20,000 nucleotides of DNA from Acidimicrobiia bacterium (GTDB taxonomy: Bacteria; Actinomycetota; Acidimicrobiia; Spongiisociales; JAENVV01), in contig JBFGJH010000007.1 of NCBI GenBank assembly GCA_041577335.1, forward strand, positions 54,858 to 74,857, given 5' to 3'. How positions within the stretch are numbered: position 1 is the first letter of the stretch; every line of letters starts with the position of its first letter. The translations under genes and the position numbers were made by a program. The notes beneath the pieces are model-generated. The model was given only the letters and a program-made list of their open reading frames with translations, was not told the origin of the DNA and ran no database searches. Below are positions 10,080 through 17,411 of the stretch, in pieces.

Positions 10080-11421
10080 GATGAGCCTCTATTCCCGCCC
10101 GTCCTTCGGCAACCATTCTCGCCAGGACATCCGAGTCCATCGACGGCGACCCATATCGCTCACCGGTGCGGGCAAGTCCACGTACCAACGCGTCGACGAC
10201 CTCGGGGTCGAACTGCGTCCCCGCATGGGAGCGCAGCTCTTGGAGTGCGTATTCTTGCGTCAGAGCCATCCGGTACGACCGGGTCGACGTCATTGCGTCG
10301 AACGAATCGGCGACGGCCAGGATGCAGGCCTCGGGCGACGGCGGCTCGCCGGCGGTGTGACCGGTGCCGCCATACCCCGTTCCGTCGTAACGTGAATGAT
10401 GGCCCGAGGCGATCTGAACCATCGGTCGGAGGAACTCCACCTCGGCGAGGATGTCCTCGACCATATGGGCGTGACGCTGCAGTTCTTCGTACTCGCCGTC
10501 ATCGAGCCGCCCGCGCTTGCGAATGAGTTCCCCGGGCACAGCCAGCTTGCCGACGTCGTGAATGAGGGCGGCCCAACGAAGCCTTTCCAGCGCGGTTCCT
10601 CGGTAACTGAGCTCCTCCCCGATGAGTTGCGCGAAATAGGCGACCCTCTCGGTATGGCCCCGGGTGTATAAGTCTTTGGCTTCCAACGCCTTGATGAAGC
10701 CGCGCAAGGTGCCTTCATGGGCATCGCGCAGTTTGCTATAGCTGCCTATCCCGACGTATCCGACGACGAGGAGGCCGAAGACCAACGGCAACACATTCGG
10801 CTCGACGTGATAGGTCGCTCCAACCAGCCCACCCATGAATCCCAGCAGAATCGAAGATGGAACCATCGACCCCATGCGAGACCACGGGCGGATATTCCTT
10901 TGCTGATAGATGACTCTGACAGCCAGGTTCACGCTGCCCAGGTTGACTGCGTTGTAGACCAAGCTCGCCAATGCCGCTCCCGAGGCAGCCAGGCCAAAAT
11001 CGCCGACCGTCCAGTTGCTCCATTCGTTGTTGGCCGGCAGAAACGGCTCGAGCACGAAGGCAGCAACCACGGCCGAGGTGACCAATTGACCGAGGTTCAC
11101 GAGTGGCACAACCACTCGCCTTTCCCTGAAATCAACTGGGCGGAACGGGGCGAGGAGCGCAATGACGCCGACTCCCAGCGCAGCTGTTTCGGGGCCGAAC
11201 GCCACCGCGGCCGCCAGTATGGCCATGACGCTGGGGCTGCTGATGAGGTGGTCGTTGATCTCGAACGATCGCCACTCGAGAAAGACCACCACGAGGGCGA
11301 ATGGCAGCCACGGCATCAACGGGGGGAACGAGTGTGTCAGGGCAGCAATGAGCAAGACCCCTAGACCTACCCCGGTGTAAAGGGCTGCGAGCAACACTCG
11401 TGCCCTTGTCTGCGCTTTCAA
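10072..11421 (-). CDS. Membrane-bound HD-GYP cyclic dinucleotide phosphodiesterase
   Basis: Multi-TM sensor region; KDLYTRGHTERV, IHDVGK, HHSRYDGTGYG, VADSFDAMTSTRSYR, GTQFDP; TTG start with GGAGGG RBS; overlaps the next gene by 8 nt. Confidence 0.9.
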   Translation of the reverse strand: MKAQTRARVLLAALYTGVGLGVLLIAALTHSFPPLMPWLPFALVVVFLEWRSFEINDHLISSPSVMAILAAAVAFGPETAALGVGVIALLAPFRPVDFRERRVVVPLVNLGQLVTSAVVAAFVLEPFLPANNEWSNWTVGDFGLAASGAALASLVYNAVNLGSVNLAVRVIYQQRNIRPWSRMGSMVPSSILLGFMGGLVGATYHVEPNVLPLVFGLLVVGYVGIGSYSKLRDAHEGTLRGFIKALEAKDLYTRGHTERVAYFAQLIGEELSYRGTALERLRWAALIHDVGKLAVPGELIRKRGRLDDGEYEELQRHAHMVEDILAEVEFLRPMVQIASGHHSRYDGTGYGGTGHTAGEPPSPEACILAVADSFDAMTSTRSYRMALTQEYALQELRSHAGTQFDPEVVDALVRGLARTGERYGSPSMDSDVLARMVAEGRAGIEAHHG

Positions 11422-11466
11422 TTTACTTGTCCCTCCGGAGGAAGAAGGGCTCAGACCGATTCTCGA

Positions 11467-11556
11467 TCAACCAACCTTGAAGCTTGCGCCGCCCGCAAAA
11501 AGCGCGGCAGCCAGGCTTGCTGTCACCGCCATGAGGCGGATCAGGCGTGTACGCAT
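11467..11556 (-). CDS. 29-aa signal-peptide-like small protein, putative signalling peptide precursor (not in ORF track)
   Basis: MRTRLIRLMAVTASLAAALFAGGASFKVG*; GGGTGAT anti-SD-complementary site 6 nt upstream; stop is 45 nt before the HD-GYP start on the same strand. Confidence 0.75.
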   Translation of the reverse strand: MRTRLIRLMAVTASLAAALFAGGASFKVG

Positions 11557-11623
11557 ATACGTATCACCCAGTTCTATGTGAATTGACCCGGTGTCTGTGC
11601 CCCGGGCCGGTTCGATTCGCTCC

Positions 11624-11804
11624 GCTGGGGATGGTGCGTGATTGGACTTTCGGCCTGAGCCCGTTCTCCTTCTCTCGTGAGAGAGACCTCAGAACGCGAC
11701 AGGCGCGCTCAGGACTCCCTCCCAACCGTACAACTACGGTGTCCGATCCAGAGCTCCCAGCCGCCCATTCTGCACGGACTCGGTATCAGCGCGATACCGG
11801 TGCA
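11624..11804. ncRNA. Candidate structured RNA (multi-stem), probably the leader of the peptide/HD-GYP operon; family unassigned
   Basis: Nested complementary segments: 11624-29/11756-61, 11640-47/11741-48, 11654-60/11707-13, 11662-67/11691-96, 11671-76/11681-86, 11725-30/11735-40, 11781-87/11793-99, 11771-75/11800-04. Confidence 0.55.
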
Positions 11805-11835
11805 TGTGCAAAGATAGCGACAACTAGGTACCGAC

Positions 11836-11863
11836 TCAACCACTCGACGTGGTTTCGCGATCA
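11836..11863 (+). promoter_or_regulatory. Possible sigma28-like promoter overlapped by a palindromic operator
   Basis: TCAAC-N15-CGCGATCA, with inverted repeat AACCAC-tcgac-GTGGTT at 11838-11854. Confidence 0.35.
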
Positions 11864-11891
11864 CCCAACCCAAGCTCAGAAGGGACTACAT

Positions 11892-12518
11892 TTGAGCCAG
11901 ATGAAGTACTCAGACCTGGAAGAGACGTTGTGTCGACTCACCACTGTCGACGCGGTGCGAGTGATCGGCGACAACGGTGCGATCTCTGAGGTCCACGTGC
12001 TCGCCTCACCGGGCAAGGTGCCGAAGCAGGTCGTCCGCGACGTGCAGTCTTTGGCGATGGCATCGTTCGGCATCTCGATCGACCGCCGGGTGGTGTCGGT
12101 CGTTCAGATCGAGAACGAGGAGCTCCTGCGCTCCGATCGTCCCGCTGTCACCGAGATCACCGAGACTCCCGACGGATCTCGTAGCAAGGTGAGCGTCTCT
12201 CTGACCTGGAAGAACGAACTGTTCGTCGGTGAGGCCGTCGGGCCGAGCGGCCCGACGAGTCGCGTGCGCCTGGTTGGTGAAGCGACCCTGGCTGCTCTGG
12301 AGCGATCGATCAGCGACGACACAGCATTCGCCCTGGCGTCGCTCGAATTGCCCCGTGTCGGGAGCCGAGATGTGGCAGTCGCCCAGATCGTGATGGTCTC
12401 GGGTGGCGAGGAGCGATTCCTGGTTGGGTGTGCCCTGGCGGGCGGGGATCCCGCCCAGGCGGCGGTGCGCAGCGTTCTCGACGCCGTCAACCGGGTTGTG
12501 CCGCAGCTGAAGAGATAG
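11892..12518 (+). CDS. Hypothetical protein with a C-terminal region resembling the LeuA/CimA regulatory (dimerisation) domain
   Basis: N-domain EVHVLASPGKVPKQVVRDVQS..IDRRVVSVVQ; C-domain ends LVGCA..GD..QAAVRSVLDAVNR; AGAAGGGA RBS before TTG 11892 (alternative ATG 11901). Confidence 0.75.
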   Translation: MSQMKYSDLEETLCRLTTVDAVRVIGDNGAISEVHVLASPGKVPKQVVRDVQSLAMASFGISIDRRVVSVVQIENEELLRSDRPAVTEITETPDGSRSKVSVSLTWKNELFVGEAVGPSGPTSRVRLVGEATLAALERSISDDTAFALASLELPRVGSRDVAVAQIVMVSGGEERFLVGCALAGGDPAQAAVRSVLDAVNRVVPQLKR

Positions 12519-12543
12519 GTCTGGGTGCCCCACAAGCTCCACG

Positions 12544-14106
12544 ATGATTGAACGATCGACGTTCGGCGCCGTTGCGGTCACCGCTCACCATCTCGCCTCG
12601 TCCACAGCAATCGATGTCCTCCGGACGGGTGGCAACGCCGTCGATGCCGCGATCGCCGCCAACGCCGTCATGGGCGTCATCGCGCCTGAGACGTGCGGGA
12701 TCGGCGGCGACCTTTTCGCGCTGGTCCACCAACCAGGGGAGCCGGCGCCGAGCGCTCTGAACGCCTCCGGCCGCGCCGGATCCGGCTGGGACCGCTCACG
12801 AGTTGCCGACTTGGAAACACTGCCCCTGGATCACCCGTTGACGGTGACCATCCCCGGATGCGTTGATGGATGGGCAGCACTCTCGTCGGAATTCGGCTCC
12901 CTCCCCTGGGCGGACCTCCTGGCACCTGCCGTCGAGATCGCCGCCGGTGGGTTCCCCGCATCTCCCGAGCTGTCCGAGGCTTTGCAGGGGCGGTACGAAC
13001 AACTGCGGACCGAAAACGCTGCGGAAGATCTGTACCCGGACGGCAAACCTCCCCGCACCCGCCAACGTTTGATTCGGCCTCGCCTCGCCGCCACGATCCA
13101 ACGAATCGCCGCAGAGGGACGCTCGGGCTTCTACCGCGGGACCGTCGGTCAGGCAATATCGGCGGCAACCCACTCCGCGGTCGTCGCCGCTGACCTCGCC
13201 GAGGTGCAAGCGGACTGGGTCACACCGCTTTCGGCAACCGTGTTCGGGTTGACCGGCTGGACGATTCCACCCAACAGCCAGGGCTACCTGACGCTGGCTG
13301 CCGCTCAGATCCTCGATCACTGCGAGCACCCGTCGGATCCCATGGATCCCGAATTCGTTCACCTCGCTATCGAGGCATACCGAGCGGTTGCCTGGGAACG
13401 AGATGAAGTGGTCGCCGACCCCGACGCTGCCATCCCACCGACGGCATGGTTGCTCGATCCCGACCGCCTCGCTACGCGGGCGGCACAGATCTCGCCGAAG
13501 GCCGCTTCGGACTGGCCCGCTCCGCGACCTCAGATCGGCGGAACCACCTACCTGTGCGTGGTCGACGAGCACGGGTTGGGTGTCTCACTGATCCAGTCGA
13601 ACTTCCACGGAATCGGCAGTGGCATCGGCGTGGATGGCCATGGATTCCTACTCCACAACCGCGGCGCCGGCTTCTCACTCGTTCCCGGTCACCCCAACGA
13701 GCTCCGTACGGGGCGGCGGCCCCTTCACACATTGTCGCCAACGCTCTGGACGCGCAATGGCGATCTCGCGCTGCTCTTGGGCACCCGGGGCGGCCATCAA
13801 CAACCGCAGCTGCTCCTGCAACTGGCATCCCAGATCTTGGGGACGGGCGCCGAGCCCGCTGTCGCTCAGGAGTTGCCCCGCTGGGCGATGACGCATTTCT
13901 CGCCAGGCGCCCCCTCGCAGGTGCGGATCGAGAGTCGCATGAGCCCCGAGGTCGCAGCCGGCCTGGAAGAGCGAGGGCATCACGTAACGAAGGAGATGCC
14001 ATGGATGCCGGGATGGGGGCCGGCGGCCGTAATCCAGATCACCGCCGAAGGGCTCCGCATCGGAGCGGCCGACCCACGCGTGATGACCTCCTCGGCTGTC
14101 ACCTAG
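12544..14106 (+). CDS. ggt: Gamma-glutamyltransferase family (Ntn hydrolase)
   Basis: GGNAVDAAIA, GIGGDLF, TIPGCVDGW, PPNSQG, nucleophile T in GTTYLCVVD, LHNRGAGF, RPLHTLSP, GGHQQPQ, AADPR. Confidence 0.92.
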   Translation: MIERSTFGAVAVTAHHLASSTAIDVLRTGGNAVDAAIAANAVMGVIAPETCGIGGDLFALVHQPGEPAPSALNASGRAGSGWDRSRVADLETLPLDHPLTVTIPGCVDGWAALSSEFGSLPWADLLAPAVEIAAGGFPASPELSEALQGRYEQLRTENAAEDLYPDGKPPRTRQRLIRPRLAATIQRIAAEGRSGFYRGTVGQAISAATHSAVVAADLAEVQADWVTPLSATVFGLTGWTIPPNSQGYLTLAAAQILDHCEHPSDPMDPEFVHLAIEAYRAVAWERDEVVADPDAAIPPTAWLLDPDRLATRAAQISPKAASDWPAPRPQIGGTTYLCVVDEHGLGVSLIQSNFHGIGSGIGVDGHGFLLHNRGAGFSLVPGHPNELRTGRRPLHTLSPTLWTRNGDLALLLGTRGGHQQPQLLLQLASQILGTGAEPAVAQELPRWAMTHFSPGAPSQVRIESRMSPEVAAGLEERGHHVTKEMPWMPGWGPAAVIQITAEGLRIGAADPRVMTSSAVT

Positions 14107-14230
14107 TGTGCCAGATTCTTCCAGGTTCGGCTTGCATCGAGTGGACCGGTTCTTCTAGGGTTCTCCCGTCCCCGACGCTCCACGCTGGCAGCGATCGGCG
14201 ATATTCATCGAGGCGGAGATTTCATAGTCC

Positions 14231-14992
14231 ATGCGTTTCAATCGGTTCGGCGCGCTCCTCGCGTGGCTGGCCATGGTTTCCTTTGCAATAGCGGGTTTCG
14301 CCGCGTTCTCGGCTACGAGCCCGGCTGACGTGGCGTCGAGCCCTGGGGAGGCCGGGGCGAATGCTGCAGACCCGGTCACGACCGTGACGCCGACCGCGCT
14401 CGGCAACGCAGCCGGCCGAGTCGCAGCCATGGCGCTCGCCCCAGGTGACAGCACCTCGACTCCGGACGCTTTTCGCCCTGCCTTGGCTCAGAAAGATGCC
14501 CTCACCAATGCGGTCGCCATGGTCGAAGTGACCACGACCACTCAAGCCCCCACCACCACGGCGGCCCCGCCGACGACCGAGGCCCCGCCGACCACGGAAG
14601 CACCCGCCACGACTGAGCCATCCGTGGAGACTCCGCCTACGACGGAGGCGCCGCCCGTGACCGAGCCACCCGTGGAGACTTCGTACATACCACCGGGAAC
14701 CGAGCCGTGGGTCGGGCTCGTCGAGGCGAGCTTCGCTTCCGGCGATGTCGGTCAAGCGCTCATGGTCATATGGTGCGAGAGCAAGGGAGACCCTTCCGCC
14801 ACCAACGGATCGTCCGGGGCAGCCGGTCTGTTCCAGCACCTCCCCAAATACTGGGCCGAACGCTCGGCGGCTGCCGGCTGGGAAGGCGCAGACATCTACG
14901 ACCCGGCCGCCAACATCGCCGTTGCTGCATGGCTCGTGTACGAGGGTGGCGGTTGGAGCCATTGGGGACCATCGGCGGGGTGCTGGGGCTAG
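14231..14992 (+). CDS. Secreted lytic transglycosylase (SLT/lysozyme-like) with a Thr/Pro-rich linker
   Basis: Signal/TM, TTEAPP repeats, CESKGDP (catalytic Glu), GAAGLFQH, IYDPAANIAVAAWL, GWSHW. Confidence 0.85.
   Translation: MRFNRFGALLAWLAMVSFAIAGFAAFSATSPADVASSPGEAGANAADPVTTVTPTALGNAAGRVAAMALAPGDSTSTPDAFRPALAQKDALTNAVAMVEVTTTTQAPTTTAAPPTTEAPPTTEAPATTEPSVETPPTTEAPPVTEPPVETSYIPPGTEPWVGLVEASFASGDVGQALMVIWCESKGDPSATNGSSGAAGLFQHLPKYWAERSAAAGWEGADIYDPAANIAVAAWLVYEGGGWSHWGPSAGCWG
14530..14685 (+). repeat. Degenerate tandem repeat encoding (TTEAPP)-like units
   Basis: TTTTQAPTTTAAPPTTEAPPTTEAPATTEPSVETPPTTEAPPVTEPPVET. Confidence 0.8.
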
Positions 14993-15061
14993 CCACCGGT
15001 CGCGAAAGGTGAATCCACCAGTCCGGTGCCCATCTTTCTTAGAGTGTCTCTCGAACGCTTC

Positions 15062-15595
15062 ATGCATCAAACCAGATTCACCGTGCCGTCGCCTCCCAGC
15101 GCCATTCGTGTAGCTCTCATCTGGCTGAGCTTGAGTGTCGCATCCCTGGCAGGCTTCGCTTCGGCCAAGCCCACAATCGCCGCTACCGAACCTCCTCCCT
15201 CAGCAGAGTCTCCGGTTTTGGGTGCGCAGTCCGGTCTCCTCGCCGGCGAGTTCGTCGGCGCCCAGCCTCACCAGCTTCCAATCGGAACGAGTCGTTGGTC
15301 TGAATTGGTCGCTGACTACTTCACGCCCAGCGACGTGAACCTCGCTCTCCGAGTCATGCATTGCGAGAGCTCAGGTCGTCCCGATGCCGTCAACGCAGCA
15401 TCGGGCGCAGCCGGTCTCTTCCAGCACCTGCCCAGCTACTGGGAGGATCGAGCCCTCCGGGCCGATGTGGAAGCGTCGATATTCGACGCAGAAGCCAACG
15501 TCGCCGTCGCCTCGTGGCTCGTGTACGAAGGCGGCGGTTGGCGCCACTGGAACGCCTCCCGCCATTGCTGGAGCGAGCGCTCCCCACTGCGGTAG
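15062..15595 (+). CDS. Second secreted lytic transglycosylase (SLT-like), paralog of the upstream gene; start uncertain
   Basis: CESSGRP, GAAGLFQHLPSYW, IFDAEANVAVASWLVYEGGGWRHW. Confidence 0.82.
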   Translation: MHQTRFTVPSPPSAIRVALIWLSLSVASLAGFASAKPTIAATEPPPSAESPVLGAQSGLLAGEFVGAQPHQLPIGTSRWSELVADYFTPSDVNLALRVMHCESSGRPDAVNAASGAAGLFQHLPSYWEDRALRADVEASIFDAEANVAVASWLVYEGGGWRHWNASRHCWSERSPLR

Positions 15596-15606
15596 GCTCC
15601 TGGCAC

Positions 15607-15978
15607 ATGGGACGACTTTCCAAACTGGCACGATGGGTCGGCATCCTCGGAGGCATCGGTGGTGCTGCGTGGCTCGTGCGGGATCGCTTCATCTCCTTGA
15701 CGCTGCCTCGTGAGCCAGAGCCGCCGACGTTCCGAACGGCCCCGACGTCGCCGTCGACGTCAGCCCGACCGAAGGCCGGGGACGACTTGACTGCCATCGC
15801 CGGAATCGGCCCGGTTTTCGCCGATCGTCTCGCAGCCGCCTCCATCATGTCCTGGCGCGGACTCGCCGAACGGTCCGCAACGGAGATCGCCGAGATAACC
15901 GGCGCCAGCGAGTCACGCGCCACCGGCTGGATTGCCGAAGCTGCCCATCGAGCGTCCGCTGAACAGCCGGAAGGCTAG
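15607..15978 (+). CDS. Small membrane-anchored helix-hairpin-helix domain protein
   Basis: N-terminal TM, Pro-rich linker, DDLTAIAGIGPVFADRL HhH motif, ..WIAEA. Confidence 0.75.
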   Translation: MGRLSKLARWVGILGGIGGAAWLVRDRFISLTLPREPEPPTFRTAPTSPSTSARPKAGDDLTAIAGIGPVFADRLAAASIMSWRGLAERSATEIAEITGASESRATGWIAEAAHRASAEQPEG

Positions 15979-17351
15979 AGGCGCACCCTCGACACGACGT
16001 CGCTCTGGGCGATTCGCAAACGCCCGATCGACCAGTACGCCACACCAGTGGCAGCCATGCTGACAAGAACAGCGGGCACGGTATCCGACCACGATCCAGC
16101 GAATGGCATGGCCACTTCAACACCGGTCAGGAAGACTTCCGGGCCAAGGGGGTCGATGACGTATCCGACGAACAGTCCGACGACGTATGCGAAGAATCCG
16201 ATGAGGTTCACGCCGCCGTATTCGCCGCGACGGTCGTACATCTCGTCGACGAGGTATTGCTTTTTCCGCACGAGGAAATAGTCCACGATCACGACCACAA
16301 ACGCAGGAGCGAGAACAAACGCCGCTACATCGGCCACCGGAAAGAGCTGAGCCTCATTGAACACGATGGCCATGAACCCTGCTGCACCAACCATGAACAG
16401 GCTCAGAATGCGAGGGGGTCGCCGGAGGAAGACCGCGCCGGTGGCATTGGCTGCCGAGTACAGAAAGCCATACGGTTGCGCGACCTCAGCGGCCAAGACC
16501 CATCCAATGACGCCGGCGGCCGCGACCACCGTCCCAGACGTCAGTACTGCCTGCCCCAACCCCTCCACCGTAGGGGCGGTACCCGCTGCTCCCAGGACCG
16601 CTCCAAAAGACAACGAGCCGCCGAAGGTGAACATGAAGGCGACTCCGGTGGACGAGACGGCAAAGTTCGAACGACCTGCAAATCGGGACGTATCGGCAAC
16701 GAGCGGCAGAAAGATCACGGTATACAGAAGGATTTCTTGAGCTGCCAACAGCAGCATGCCGGCGGACGCCCGGTCGGTGGAGAGCACGAGGCCTTGCTGA
16801 GCCAGCCAGAGAATCGCCACTCCGAATAGACCGAACGAAATCCAAATCAAGACTGGTTGCACGATCCCAATTGCAAATCTCCGCAGGCCCACGTACGAGA
16901 GGATTCCCACGATGACCCCGACAAGCACGATGGGGATCTGAATGCCAACGTCGAGTCCACCGATATCCAATGCCGATGTGAGGATCTGGCCCGAGACGCG
17001 AAACTCGAGCGCCATCCAGATGATGTAGCCGGCGGCGACGATGGCGGACACCAGCCAGGAGCCGGCGAGGCCGAACGACGGACGAAACAGCATCCCCGCG
17101 TTGAGCCCACTCTCGAAGGCAGTTTTTGAGACCAACGCGACGAGCAGCCCCGCTATGAGAATCGCCGGTGGGGCGATCAACGCGTATTGACTGATGCTGA
17201 GCCCCATGCCGCCGAACCCGCGAGCCGACGTCAGGCGCAGGCCGACCAGAACCGCCAACATCGAAAAACCCCACTCGGCCCAGAGAGCACCAAAGACCGT
17301 CGACGAGAAATGCCGTTCGAAGTCAGCAACAGGATCGAGCACTTTTGACAC
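15975..17351 (-). CDS. NCS1-family (purine-cytosine permease-like) transporter
   Basis: ~12 TM; RPSFG..GS, PLVADTSRF, YSA, VDYFLVRK, Y.GVN..G motifs; GTG start 7 nt after a TAAACT -10. Confidence 0.8.
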   Translation of the reverse strand: MSKVLDPVADFERHFSSTVFGALWAEWGFSMLAVLVGLRLTSARGFGGMGLSISQYALIAPPAILIAGLLVALVSKTAFESGLNAGMLFRPSFGLAGSWLVSAIVAAGYIIWMALEFRVSGQILTSALDIGGLDVGIQIPIVLVGVIVGILSYVGLRRFAIGIVQPVLIWISFGLFGVAILWLAQQGLVLSTDRASAGMLLLAAQEILLYTVIFLPLVADTSRFAGRSNFAVSSTGVAFMFTFGGSLSFGAVLGAAGTAPTVEGLGQAVLTSGTVVAAAGVIGWVLAAEVAQPYGFLYSAANATGAVFLRRPPRILSLFMVGAAGFMAIVFNEAQLFPVADVAAFVLAPAFVVVIVDYFLVRKKQYLVDEMYDRRGEYGGVNLIGFFAYVVGLFVGYVIDPLGPEVFLTGVEVAMPFAGSWSDTVPAVLVSMAATGVAYWSIGRLRIAQSDVVSRVRL

Positions 17352-17411
17352 GAGGGGGAGTTTACGGGCTGCGCCGGGCCGAAATCCTCCTGCGGCGTAA
17401 CATACAGACCA

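Noticed and set aside
11640..11662. CCGAAAGTCC / CTGA resemblance to RNase P RNA or a hammerhead ribozyme
   Set aside because: Lacks the GAGGAAAGUCC context and length of RNase P, and no complete CUGANGA...GAAA core
11547..11891. 115-codon N-terminal extension of the 11547..12518 ORF
   Set aside because: Non-protein-like composition, overlaps the peptide start and the structured RNA, and a good RBS precedes 11892/11901
12544..14106. GGT as the peptide-modifying enzyme of the signalling module
   Set aside because: Only adjacency supports it; the peptide has no Glu/Gln and this GGT looks like an ordinary cytoplasmic family member
14107..14230. Possible c-di-AMP (ydaO) riboswitch or sigma28 promoter upstream of the transglycosylases
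   Set aside because: No ydaO conserved elements seen; GGCGATAT lacks a properly spaced -35
14530..14685. Repeats considered as a CRISPR array or mobile-element ends
   Set aside because: Degenerate in-frame coding repeats with no spacers; no cas or transposase genes
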